Below the pieces are notes generated by a model, which saw only the letters and a program-made list of their open reading frames with translations, searched no databases and was not told the origin of the DNA. Both the position numbers and the translations under genes were made by a program. Shown piece by piece: positions 19,719 through 28,734 of a DNA stretch of 64,000 nucleotides. The first letter of the stretch is position 1. Each line of letters starts with the position of its first letter. This DNA comes from Armatimonadota bacterium (lineage in GTDB: Bacteria > Sysuimicrobiota > Sysuimicrobiia > Sysuimicrobiales > Humicultoraceae), in NCBI GenBank assembly GCA_052386995.1, contig JBQTJP010000110.1:1-64000 (forward strand). Reading direction: 5' to 3'.

Positions 19719-20860
19719 AGACCCAGGCTCGCCGCGATGATGTTCTTCTGGACCTCGGAGGTCCCCGAGTAGATCCGGCTCCCCACCGCGTCGCGCACCT
19801 CGCGCTCGAAGTCGTACTCACTCATGTACCCATAGCCGCCGTGAATCTGGACCGCGTCGAGGCTGGAATGCAGGAAGCATTCGCTGAGATAGAGCTTGGC
19901 CATGGCGGCCTCGAGGATGGTGCGCTGGCCCGCCGCCTTCAGCCACGCCACCTTGTACAGGAGCAGCCGGGCCGTCTCCAGTCTGACCTTCATGTCGGCG
20001 ATGCGGTGCGCGACGGCCTGGAATTTGCCGATCCGCTGACCGAACTGCGCGCGGCTCTTCGCGTATTCGATACTCCGCTCCAGCTGGCGCTGCATCGTGC
20101 CCAACGCGCAGGCGAGGATGCACGTGCGCTCCCAGTCCATGGCTACCGTGAAGATGGCGTTGCCGGCTCCCACAGATCCAAGCAGCTGGTCCTCGGACAC
20201 GTCACAGTCGTCCAGGGCCAGGTCGCCCATCGGCGAGGTCCGCAGGCCCATCTTGTGCGCGGGCCCGCTGACCGAGAGGCCGGGCGTGTGACGCTCGACG
20301 AGGAACGCCGAGAGTCCGGCGAGTCCCTTCTCGCGGTCCGTTCTGGCGAAGATCAGAAAAGCGTCTGCCACCGGTGCGTTGGTCACGAAGGTCTTGCTGC
20401 CCCGCAGCACGTACCGATCGCCCTTCCGTTCGGCGGTGGTGCGAAGGCTGAAGGCGTCCGAGCCCGACTCGGGCTCCGTCATGGCCTGGCCGCCGATCAT
20501 GGAGCCGTCGCACAGGCGGGGCAGGTATCGCTGCTTCTGATCCTCGCGCCCAAACTTCAGCAGCGGCAGCTCGAAGCTCCACATCTGGGCATTGAGTGAA
20601 AACAGCAGCCCGTTGTCGCGGCACGCGTAGCCCAACGCCTCCAGGGCCACAACCGTCGTGAGGGCGTCCCGCCCGCTGCCGCCGTACTGTTCGGCAATAG
20701 GCAGACCCTGAATGCCAAACTCCGCGCACTTCTTCCACAGGTCCCGGGCAAACTCGCCGCGCGCGTCCCTCTGCGCGAGATCATCGTTTAGCTCCCGCTG
20801 TGCAAACCGAAGGACCGCCGCGTAGAGCTCGCGTTGCTCCGGGCTCAGCGAGAAATCCAC
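19715..20860 (-). CDS. Acyl-CoA dehydrogenase family, L-prolyl-carrier protein dehydrogenase-like (PltE/AnaB)
   Basis: MDFSLS start; LGYACRDNGLLFSLNA, MDWER, and IYSGTSE in place of canonical IYEGT. Confidence 0.85.
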   Translation of the reverse strand: MDFSLSPEQRELYAAVLRFAQRELNDDLAQRDARGEFARDLWKKCAEFGIQGLPIAEQYGGSGRDALTTVVALEALGYACRDNGLLFSLNAQMWSFELPLLKFGREDQKQRYLPRLCDGSMIGGQAMTEPESGSDAFSLRTTAERKGDRYVLRGSKTFVTNAPVADAFLIFARTDREKGLAGLSAFLVERHTPGLSVSGPAHKMGLRTSPMGDLALDDCDVSEDQLLGSVGAGNAIFTVAMDWERTCILACALGTMQRQLERSIEYAKSRAQFGQRIGKFQAVAHRIADMKVRLETARLLLYKVAWLKAAGQRTILEAAMAKLYLSECFLHSSLDAVQIHGGYGYMSEYDFEREVRDAVGSRIYSGTSEVQKNIIAASLGL

Positions 20861-21801
20861 TCGAGCCACTCCTGTGTGCGGTTCATCACGTCTTCCTGCA
20901 CCTTCAGATTCGTGAGGTTGTTGGCCGGACCGTCGAACAGCGTCACATCCACACGGTCTGGTACCTGCGTCAGGAAGGCGAGCGGCCCGGCCTGCGCCTG
21001 GAGAAAATCCCGGTACACCGACTCCAAGCGACCGTACACGAACAAGAGCGGCACCCCACGCGAAACGGCCTCACGCGCGGCGCCGACGACGGCGTCGGAG
21101 ACCCACGTGGCGGCGCCCTGGCCATCGCCGGCCGGGGCCGGCCGCCGCAGCAGCTGGCCGGCCGCGGCGCGCAGCTTGCGCATCCACCGCTGGCGCCGTC
21201 TGGGATTGAACATGCCGCGCAGCACACGCATGCCGACGCCCAGACGCGCCGCCGAGCGGACTTCGTCCAGGGCCCAGCGCGTCGTGGGGTGCTGAGCGTC
21301 TCCGCCGCCGTGCAGGGGAAGTGAGAGAAGCGCCATCCCCCGCAGATCGGAGATATCCTTGAGCCCCGACAGCGCGGTTCGAGCGCCGAAGCATCTGCCC
21401 ACAACCGCGATCTGCTGCACGCCGCGCCGGCGCATCTCGCCCACGGCGCCCAGGAGGTTCCGGGTGAACGGCTCCTGGGGCGAGGTGAGCGTGATCATCG
21501 CGTGTTTGAGCCCGGTGCCGGTCAGCCGTCCGCTGCTCTCCGCGAAACCCTGATAGTCGAAGCGCAAGACGTGAAATCCCGACCCGGCGAGGCGGCGGGC
21601 GAAGCGGACGATAAACCTGTTTCGGTCCGACGTCGCGTTGCACAGGATCACCCCGACGCCGCGCGGCGCGGCCAGCGGCTCGGTGAGGATGCCGAAGATC
21701 TCATCGTCCCCGGCTGGAAACCGCACCGGCCGTTCGGAGGCGCTGATGCCTTCCACGGGGTGCGTCAGGACAGGGGGGTGGACTGCGTGCGCGTCAGCCA
21801 T
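20845..21801 (-). CDS. Alpha/beta hydrolase-fold protein with Cys nucleophile elbow (exosortase A-associated hydrolase 1-like)
   Basis: RFARRLAGSGFHVLRFDYQGFAESSG; elbow VGRCFGA. Confidence 0.75.
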   Translation of the reverse strand: MADAHAVHPPVLTHPVEGISASERPVRFPAGDDEIFGILTEPLAAPRGVGVILCNATSDRNRFIVRFARRLAGSGFHVLRFDYQGFAESSGRLTGTGLKHAMITLTSPQEPFTRNLLGAVGEMRRRGVQQIAVVGRCFGARTALSGLKDISDLRGMALLSLPLHGGGDAQHPTTRWALDEVRSAARLGVGMRVLRGMFNPRRRQRWMRKLRAAAGQLLRRPAPAGDGQGAATWVSDAVVGAAREAVSRGVPLLFVYGRLESVYRDFLQAQAGPLAFLTQVPDRVDVTLFDGPANNLTNLKVQEDVMNRTQEWLEWISR

Positions 21802-22670
21802 GTTAGCGACACCTCGGCAATGCGCTCCGGCGAGGGCATGGGGCTGTCGACAAACGCCCATGCGCCTTCGCCCTCAATCAAGGCGGTTTCCACAGATGAT
21901 CCGGCGGCAGTAAGCGCGGCCGTCAGGCGTGCATAGTCGTGTTTCAACTCCCGATTGCGGCTCACCTGAACGAGCAGGATCGGACGTGGTCCCGCGGCGC
22001 TCAACTGCGCCAGACTGCGACCGTCCAGACTGTCATACAGGACGCGGTGCACGGCGTACCCCAGGGTGTCCAGCAGCCCCGCCGTCCGCACCCGCTCCAC
22101 CGCCTGCGTCACGGTCAAGGCGCTCGCGCCTCCCGCAAGCGCGCTGAGCTGGCTGGCCCTGAAGATCTCTCGAAAATACTGCTGGCCGTCGCCCGCAGGC
22201 TCCCACAGGATGAGTCCGGCGCCCGGATGCGCGCCGGCGGCCAATCCCGCGATCAGGCCCCCCAGACGGCCGCCGCAGAACGTCGGCGCCCCACCGGCCT
22301 GCCAGCGCCGGAGGTAGGCGACCACGGTGGCAACGTCGTCCAGCATCGTGTCCGCGGTCAGGTCGTCAACCACTCCGCTGCTGTGACCGGTGCCGCGGTA
22401 GTGAAACCGCGCGACGGCGAACCCAGCCGCCGCAAAGGACCGCGCGGCCAGCACCTGCGTGCCGTAGATCTTGTGCTCCTCGGCAAAAATCGATGGGCAG
22501 ATCACCACGCCGCCGCGCGCCTCTCCCGGCGGATAGTGCACCACGCAGAACAACTCCCCGTCGCCTGCCGGGATGAACGTGGCGTCCTCCCGAGTTCCGT
22601 GTGTGGGATCGACGTAGGTGGCCACGCGGCCGCCGGGCCGCTCTGATGGCATCGGGATGGGATCGGGCAT
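21765..22670 (-). CDS. Alpha/beta hydrolase-fold protein with Arg at the elbow (exosortase A-associated hydrolase 2-like)
   Basis: CPSIFAEE, RFHYRGTGHSSG, elbow GGRLGGLIA, LILWEP. Confidence 0.78.
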   Translation of the reverse strand: MPDPIPMPSERPGGRVATYVDPTHGTREDATFIPAGDGELFCVVHYPPGEARGGVVICPSIFAEEHKIYGTQVLAARSFAAAGFAVARFHYRGTGHSSGVVDDLTADTMLDDVATVVAYLRRWQAGGAPTFCGGRLGGLIAGLAAGAHPGAGLILWEPAGDGQQYFREIFRASQLSALAGGASALTVTQAVERVRTAGLLDTLGYAVHRVLYDSLDGRSLAQLSAAGPRPILLVQVSRNRELKHDYARLTAALTAAGSSVETALIEGEGAWAFVDSPMPSPERIAEVSLTWLTRTQSTPLS

Positions 22671-24283
22671 CACGTTCCCCCTCGGTGACGATCGTTGGGC
22701 CGCCTGGTGAACGCCAGAGTATGGAAGGGCAGAAACTTTCCCGCGGCCGTCGTCTGCGGCTCGCGGCGCACGACTTTGATCGTGTCGGCCTGCCGCCACA
22801 CCGGCGGCAGCGCATGGCCCCTCGGAGACGGGTTTCGCAGTTCTTGCTGAAATCGCGCGAGCACCTTACCCTCGTCAACGGGCCCCACGGTCGGGCTGAC
22901 GACCAGCAGCAACCGGGTGAGGTGGTCGTCGTCCTCGACTTCCAGCAACTGGTAGTCGATGCTCCGTCCACCAAATTCCCGCGGCAGGACCTCTTCCAGA
23001 ATCCGCACGCATTCCGTCCCAAGGACCGTGACGCCCTCCCCGGTCAGTTTGGAGAAGCTCCGGATTCCCGACAGGTGTGTGTGAAGTCCTACGTCGTCCC
23101 ACAGACATCCGCACCGGCGCTCCACGATCTGTCCGAAGTCATCGGAGTCAAGGTTCAGCAGCACCATCGGGCTCGAAGGCAGGAGGGTCGTGATCATGAA
23201 GGCGTCTACGAGCTCGCCGTTTGGGAGCATGCGGGGCTGGGGGATCAGGGCAAAGCTGTCGGCCTGGAAATGCACGTCGTCGACGGCCTGCGGGTTCCCA
23301 CAGGCGCCGCCCAACGCGCCGACCTCGGTGATGTTGTACCGGACGCCGATACGCGCGCCGCTCCGGACGATCTCCGCGTGCTTCCCCTCGGTCAACGGCT
23401 CGCCCCCGACGACGAAGGCCACGCGTTCCAGATCCCCGCCTCGCTGGTTTCCCAGTCCGGCGAGCCGGGTGGCCCCGCTGGGGGTCGTGATGACCGTGCA
23501 TCCGCCATGGCGCGCGCGCGTCTCCAGCACGGCGTCCAGCACGATGGGCGCGGCGGTCAACGGCGCGTGCTGGATGTACGGCAGCCGCAGTCGGTACACC
23601 AGCCCGATGGCCTGACCCAGCCGGTACATCAGGCGGTGCAGCCGCGGGGCGCGCACCACCGAGAGATCCGTCATGCTGAACCACCGCGCCGTCAGCCGGT
23701 GCAGGTGGGCGAGGGCGAGCCACCACAGGAAGCCCGCCTCCCTCGGCATCCAGATCACGGCCGGCCACGCTCCGCCTCCCACCGCCTCGACGGTCAGACA
23801 CCAGGTGGGGGCGCGCTGGTCAGCCAGATAGGTGAACGTCGCCGGAACCCGCGAGCCGCCACTTCGTGTGGCGCCGGTCAGGGTCTCGAAGACCTGTGCC
23901 ATGAAGGGATGCTTGGTCGACAGCGCCGTCCAGTCCAGGGTCAGGCCCGAGCGTACGATGGGGTGGTGCTCTTTGAATTCCTCGTGACTGAGATACACGC
24001 CCGAGTCTCGCAATGCCCGAAGCGTCCCTTCCAGCCCGCGCCGGTCAATGGACTCGCGGATCGACTCATAGGTCCAGCCGGCCCATTTCAATAGATGAAA
24101 GTAGGGACTCCGCGGGTTGTCGAGGAGCGCCTCTCGGACAACTTGAAGAAACAATTGATTTCGCTGCGCCAGCCGGCCGCGCAGGAGCGCCTTCGCCCGA
24201 TCGGAGTCCAGCGGCTGCCGCATCATGGCCGCAAGGCCGCGGGCCATCTGCGCGGCTTGCCTGAGATCAGACAGCAAGCGCAC
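22670..24283 (-). CDS. Phenylacetate-CoA ligase-like (ANL superfamily) protein
   Basis: TGATRSG P-loop-like segment, GGEPLT, YNITEVG, LLNLDSDDFG..ERRCGC, TAAGK. Confidence 0.6.
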   Translation of the reverse strand: MRLLSDLRQAAQMARGLAAMMRQPLDSDRAKALLRGRLAQRNQLFLQVVREALLDNPRSPYFHLLKWAGWTYESIRESIDRRGLEGTLRALRDSGVYLSHEEFKEHHPIVRSGLTLDWTALSTKHPFMAQVFETLTGATRSGGSRVPATFTYLADQRAPTWCLTVEAVGGGAWPAVIWMPREAGFLWWLALAHLHRLTARWFSMTDLSVVRAPRLHRLMYRLGQAIGLVYRLRLPYIQHAPLTAAPIVLDAVLETRARHGGCTVITTPSGATRLAGLGNQRGGDLERVAFVVGGEPLTEGKHAEIVRSGARIGVRYNITEVGALGGACGNPQAVDDVHFQADSFALIPQPRMLPNGELVDAFMITTLLPSSPMVLLNLDSDDFGQIVERRCGCLWDDVGLHTHLSGIRSFSKLTGEGVTVLGTECVRILEEVLPREFGGRSIDYQLLEVEDDDHLTRLLLVVSPTVGPVDEGKVLARFQQELRNPSPRGHALPPVWRQADTIKVVRREPQTTAAGKFLPFHTLAFTRRPNDRHRGGT

Positions 24284-25430
24284 GGCGGATTCTACCCTTC
24301 AGGCTTGTCGCCACTCGACGCGCCGCCACTAGCGCGGCCACGCGGGCCCGGCGCCTCCAGATGACCATGGACACATCCTGCCGGACCGACGCGGCCCAGC
24401 GTTGGCGCTTGTACTCCTCGCTCCCACGCAGGAAGTCGAACTCGGTGGCGCCACTTGCGATCGCGTCGCGGATCGCGTGCGCCAGAATGAGCGTGCCGAC
24501 ACCGAATCGTGCCCATCCGGCGTCGAAGCCCGTTTGAAGATCCTCCACCCGCCCGCCGATGCTCACGCAGTACTCAGCGGCAACATCGCGGTCGCCCACG
24601 CGCATCAGGTAAAGCCGCAGCCACCCGCGCTCGGCCGCTGCCGTGAGGAAGGCGCGGTGAAACGCCAGGGAGCGCGGGGTCGCGAAGGCGCTCCGGCTCC
24701 CCAGGGTGTGCTGGCGGCTCTCGTGGAGCCCCACCAGGATCCCCCAGGCTCTGTCGAGTTCAGGCCCCGGCCCGCCATCGACCCGCCGGGTGATCACCTC
24801 GCCGGACTCCCGCAGTCTGCGCGCGCGCCGACCGAGATCTTTGCGTGCGTTTGCGCTCAACGTGGCCAGGTACTCATCCCAGGTGGCCGGTAGCGCGACG
24901 AACGGACAGAGGTCGGCGACCGTGGCCTCGGAGGTAAATTCCGAGCGTCGCTCCACCGCGCGCTGCAGGCTCCGGGCGGCCGGCTCATCCATTCGGGGAA
25001 AGTCGAGAACATCGTATCCCGCGGCCAGCACATGGTCGGTGAGGACGGCCCCTACGCCATCCTCCCGACCCTGTCGAATGAGAAATCGCAGATGATCTGC
25101 GCCGATCCCGGTGCCCATGAAGCGCAGCGTCCGCGGCGCCAGCGGGCCGCCGGCCGGCTCGAAGAGCGGCGCAAGCCCGACCAGCCGGCTCCCCTCGCGC
25201 ACCAGCATAACCCGCGGCGTCCCGCGGCCGGCGCACGCGCGGAGCCAGGTGGTCATCCATTCATACGACAGAAAGACGCTTGGCGTCGTTGAGTCCAGCA
25301 ACAGGTCGTTCCACTCGGTGCGGAGCGCGTGCAGGGACGCCTGGTCAGACAGCACCGTCACCCGGTAGGGGTGTGCGTCCACGGCCTGTGCCGCTTCCGG
25401 TGCCGCCGATGCGCGCGCCTGCGCGGTCAC
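24267..25430 (-). CDS. GNAT acyltransferase, CelD/BcsL family
   Basis: WNDLL..VFLSYEW, TWDEYLATLS, GWLRLY, FDFLRGSEEYK. Confidence 0.88.
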   Translation of the reverse strand: MTAQARASAAPEAAQAVDAHPYRVTVLSDQASLHALRTEWNDLLLDSTTPSVFLSYEWMTTWLRACAGRGTPRVMLVREGSRLVGLAPLFEPAGGPLAPRTLRFMGTGIGADHLRFLIRQGREDGVGAVLTDHVLAAGYDVLDFPRMDEPAARSLQRAVERRSEFTSEATVADLCPFVALPATWDEYLATLSANARKDLGRRARRLRESGEVITRRVDGGPGPELDRAWGILVGLHESRQHTLGSRSAFATPRSLAFHRAFLTAAAERGWLRLYLMRVGDRDVAAEYCVSIGGRVEDLQTGFDAGWARFGVGTLILAHAIRDAIASGATEFDFLRGSEEYKRQRWAASVRQDVSMVIWRRRARVAALVAARRVATSLKGRIRRALAV

Positions 25431-27088
25431 CGAAGCGCCCCCGCGCGGCGCACCAGGCGGTAGACACCGTACTCACCGCCGTCGTAGAGCGCCTGCACGA
25501 GCCGGCAGCGGCCGTCATACAACCCTCGCCTGAGAACCACATGCGTAATCTCGTATCGCGTGGGCAGTTGCCCCAGGGCCTGACATGCAAGATCCGCGTC
25601 GTTGATCTGATGCAGGTGGCGTCCGAGGAGGTAGCGCTCGTGCCACTCTGCCAGCTCGACATCCCGATAGGGGATGGACTTGCGGTCAACGAAGATCGGC
25701 GCCTGTGCGTGGAGCCGAAACCGCTCCATGCTGATGGGCACCAGGTACAGGTCTCCCCGCGCCTTGTGCTCCCTGACGAAGTCCATCACCGGCACGCCGG
25801 GATCGCCCGCGTGGCCTCTGGTATCGGCCGCCGTGACGGCCGCGCCGGCCAGCAAGAGCAGCATCACGACGCCGGTGCCGGCCCATGTGAGCGTGCGGTC
25901 ACGTTCCGGGGAGTTCATCAGCCGTTCCCGCACCCATCCGACCGCGCGCGCCGCCAGCACGCTGGAGCAGATCGGCACCAGCAGCACCGAGAGGCGCCAG
26001 GGGAAGAGCAGGGCCAGGGTGGCGCTGCGTGATACCGCCTGCGCGACCGTCAGCGCGGCCGACACGAGCGCGCACCACAGCAGAATGGAAAAGAGCCGAG
26101 GCGTACGCCTGACTGCGTAGAGTCCGGCCGCCACGATTCCGATCTGCAGGAGAGCCGAGAGATTCAGCCAGCGGTCAAAGAGGAGGTGGTGCGGCAGGCG
26201 CACGTACATCAGCACATTCTGCGCCACGGCGAGCGCCTCGGGCGACGTGGGGCGGAACGTCCTGAGTACATAGACGAGGATCGGCACGACCGGTAGCAGC
26301 GCCGCCAGACCGATCAAGACGACCGCGCGCAGGTTGCGGCGCTCGCGATATGTGACCGCGATGTAGCCACAGACCAGGAGGCCGGCCGGCAACAGATAGG
26401 TCGGGTGGACGGCTGCCGCCGCCGCCGCGGCCACCGCCGCCAGAGGAGGCCGCTCACGGATGAACAGCAACACCGACACCGCCAGCAGCACACCAAAGGC
26501 GCTGGGCTGGAGGTAGTCTCCGAGGATCTGCTGACCAGCCACGCCTGAGGTGAGCACCGTGCGCAGGTCGAGCCCAATCATGTCCAGCGAGACACGGCTG
26601 AGCAGGGCCGAGTGCATGCCCAGCAGGAGGGCCAGGTACGCCACGAGCCCGCCGCGCGTGGTGCCGGGGCCCAGCACGTGGCGCGTGATGCCTATCACGC
26701 TGATCACGTAGACGCCGGCAAGCACGAAATGGTACGCGTAGAAGAGGCCGGGGTGCAAGGAGTGCTGCGTGACCGCGACCAGTGTGGTGAAGAGCGGCGT
26801 GGGATCCGCGGTCTGCGCCAGCCAATCGTCGCGCAGAAGCCCCACGCCAGCCCGCGCCAGTCCGTGCAGGAAGTACTGGTTCTGGTTCGAGGTGTACAGC
26901 GGTGCGATCGCGTACGTGATCCCGGTTGCAAGCGCCAGGGCCAGCAGCGTCCCGGCGCGCGCCAGCGCGCGGCTCCCGATGATCATCGCACCCCCGCGAG
27001 CGCGCGGCTCCTCGCGCGGCGAGGCTGCGGGGAATCGCGCAGCAGAGCCCGCGTCGATCTCTGCCGACCTGCTCATCATCCCATTCAT
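25427..27088 (-). CDS. Multi-pass membrane protein (DUF6798-like from memory), paralog 2
   Basis: NQNQYFLHGLARAGVGLLRDDWLA, PWRLSV, FRLHAQAPIFVDRKSIPYRD; ATGA overlap at 27085-27088. Confidence 0.7.
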   Translation of the reverse strand: MNGMMSRSAEIDAGSAARFPAASPREEPRARGGAMIIGSRALARAGTLLALALATGITYAIAPLYTSNQNQYFLHGLARAGVGLLRDDWLAQTADPTPLFTTLVAVTQHSLHPGLFYAYHFVLAGVYVISVIGITRHVLGPGTTRGGLVAYLALLLGMHSALLSRVSLDMIGLDLRTVLTSGVAGQQILGDYLQPSAFGVLLAVSVLLFIRERPPLAAVAAAAAAAVHPTYLLPAGLLVCGYIAVTYRERRNLRAVVLIGLAALLPVVPILVYVLRTFRPTSPEALAVAQNVLMYVRLPHHLLFDRWLNLSALLQIGIVAAGLYAVRRTPRLFSILLWCALVSAALTVAQAVSRSATLALLFPWRLSVLLVPICSSVLAARAVGWVRERLMNSPERDRTLTWAGTGVVMLLLLAGAAVTAADTRGHAGDPGVPVMDFVREHKARGDLYLVPISMERFRLHAQAPIFVDRKSIPYRDVELAEWHERYLLGRHLHQINDADLACQALGQLPTRYEITHVVLRRGLYDGRCRLVQALYDGGEYGVYRLVRRAGALR

Positions 27089-27921
27089 GCCCCGGGCGCT
27101 CCCGCCATCCCGCGACCCGCGGCCCCGCCGCCAGCGGCGGGTTTCCGTGCGACGCAGAGCAGAGACAGCCCGACCGGGAGATCGAGGACCCTGATGATCG
27201 CGCGTTCCAGCAGCAGCATGTGGTAAGCCAGCCAGTTCCATGGGTTCCCGAGATCGAGCGGATCGGCCTGCGGTCGGGGTGCGCCTCTCGCGCAGAGCAG
27301 CCGAGCCACGATCACCAGCGGCAGCAACAGCGTGTTGAAGTATGTGATGCGCTCCACGTGAAAACCGCACTCTTCGAGCAACGCGCGCAGGCCGGCTCGC
27401 GAATACCGTCTGACGTGTCCCAGGGCCCGGTCGTGCTCGCCATACAACCACTGGAGCGCCGGCACGGTGATCAGCAGCATCCCGCCGGGCTTGAGCGCCC
27501 GCAGGCATTCGCGGACGACACGCCGATCGTCCGGCACATGCTCCAACACATCGGTCATCCCGGTCAGGGCCAGCGTGTCCTCACGCAGCGGCAGCCGCTC
27601 CAGCGTTCCCATCGCCAGGCCCCGGTAGCCTTTGGAGCGGCACAGCGTCACTGCCAGCGGGGAGATATCGATGCCCACCACGCCGCCGTACTCCCGCAGG
27701 GGCTCCAGCATTCCACCGGCGCCACACCCCAGATCGGCTACGGTCCCGCGCATCGCATGTGCCTGTGCTTTCAACACGGCGCTGATGAGCGCCCTGCGGC
27801 CCCGAATCCACCAGCTGGTCTGGTCGGACCGGGCCAGCCGCGCAATCTCCTGCTCGTTCGGTCCGGGTTCGACCACACCAGAGCGGTCTCGCCCCGTGGG
27901 ATCGGCCAGCGTGTGTGCCAT
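27085..27921 (-). CDS. Class I SAM-dependent methyltransferase
   Basis: DLGCGAG, DVLEHV, LKPGG, HDRALGHVRRY. Confidence 0.9.
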   Translation of the reverse strand: MAHTLADPTGRDRSGVVEPGPNEQEIARLARSDQTSWWIRGRRALISAVLKAQAHAMRGTVADLGCGAGGMLEPLREYGGVVGIDISPLAVTLCRSKGYRGLAMGTLERLPLREDTLALTGMTDVLEHVPDDRRVVRECLRALKPGGMLLITVPALQWLYGEHDRALGHVRRYSRAGLRALLEECGFHVERITYFNTLLLPLVIVARLLCARGAPRPQADPLDLGNPWNWLAYHMLLLERAIIRVLDLPVGLSLLCVARKPAAGGGAAGRGMAGAPGA

Positions 27922-28709
27922 CAGGTTTTCTCGGCCACGGCCGCCGGCCGCGCATCCCCGGGCATCGGCTCCAAGGCCGCCAGATCGTAGCGGCCGATGC
28001 GGAGGTGGGTCGCGACCCTGATCAGATCGCGGAACATGCGGGGTCCGTCGCGTCCCAGCCTCACCTTGCTGGGCTGCATGTGGAACCATCGCACCGGGAC
28101 TTCAGTGATGTGATAGCCGGCCCGCGCGGCCAGACCAAGCACCTCGACGTCGAACGCGAACCCGTCGATCATGGTGTGCGCAAACAGCCGGCGGGCCACC
28201 GTCCCGCGGAACAGTTTGAACCCGCACTGCGTGTCGCACACCCCGGGCAAGAGCATGAGCTGCACCAGCGTGTTGAAGAACCGTCCCATGAACTCACGAT
28301 GGAACGGCTGGCGAACGACAAGTTCTGAATCGCGCATCCCGCGAGAGCCGATCGCGATGTCTGCGCCGGACTCGATCGGCGTCCGCAGTCTCTCCATCTC
28401 CTCTATCGGTGTCGCCAGATCGACGTCGGTGATCAGGACCAGGTCGCCGGTGGACGCGGCCACGCCCAGCCGCACCGCGCTCCCTTTGCCCCGGTTGCGC
28501 TCGGCGCGCACGAGCCGAACCGGCAGCGCCTCGTGCTCCAGGCGATCGACGATGGCGCCGGTGCGATCCTGGCTGCCGTCGTCAGACACGATGATCTCGT
28601 AGTAGCCGTAGCGCCCGGCCATGTAGTCCATGACGGCCCGGACGGTCTGCTCGATCCGGCGCTCTTCGTTATACGCCGGGACAATGATCGAGACCTGACG
28701 GACGTCCAT
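27921..28709 (-). CDS. GT2 polyprenyl-phosphate glycosyltransferase (dolichyl-phosphate glucosyltransferase-like)
   Basis: IIVPAYNEE, DDGSQD, NRGKG, DVDL, DTQCGFKLF, FAFDVE. Confidence 0.92.
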   Translation of the reverse strand: MDVRQVSIIVPAYNEERRIEQTVRAVMDYMAGRYGYYEIIVSDDGSQDRTGAIVDRLEHEALPVRLVRAERNRGKGSAVRLGVAASTGDLVLITDVDLATPIEEMERLRTPIESGADIAIGSRGMRDSELVVRQPFHREFMGRFFNTLVQLMLLPGVCDTQCGFKLFRGTVARRLFAHTMIDGFAFDVEVLGLAARAGYHITEVPVRWFHMQPSKVRLGRDGPRMFRDLIRVATHLRIGRYDLAALEPMPGDARPAAVAEKT

Positions 28710-28734
28710 GACGGCGGCTCCTATCGGCGCAGCA

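Noticed and set aside
17907..19772. 621-aa plus-strand ORF
   Set aside because: Antisense shadow of the adenylation enzyme gene
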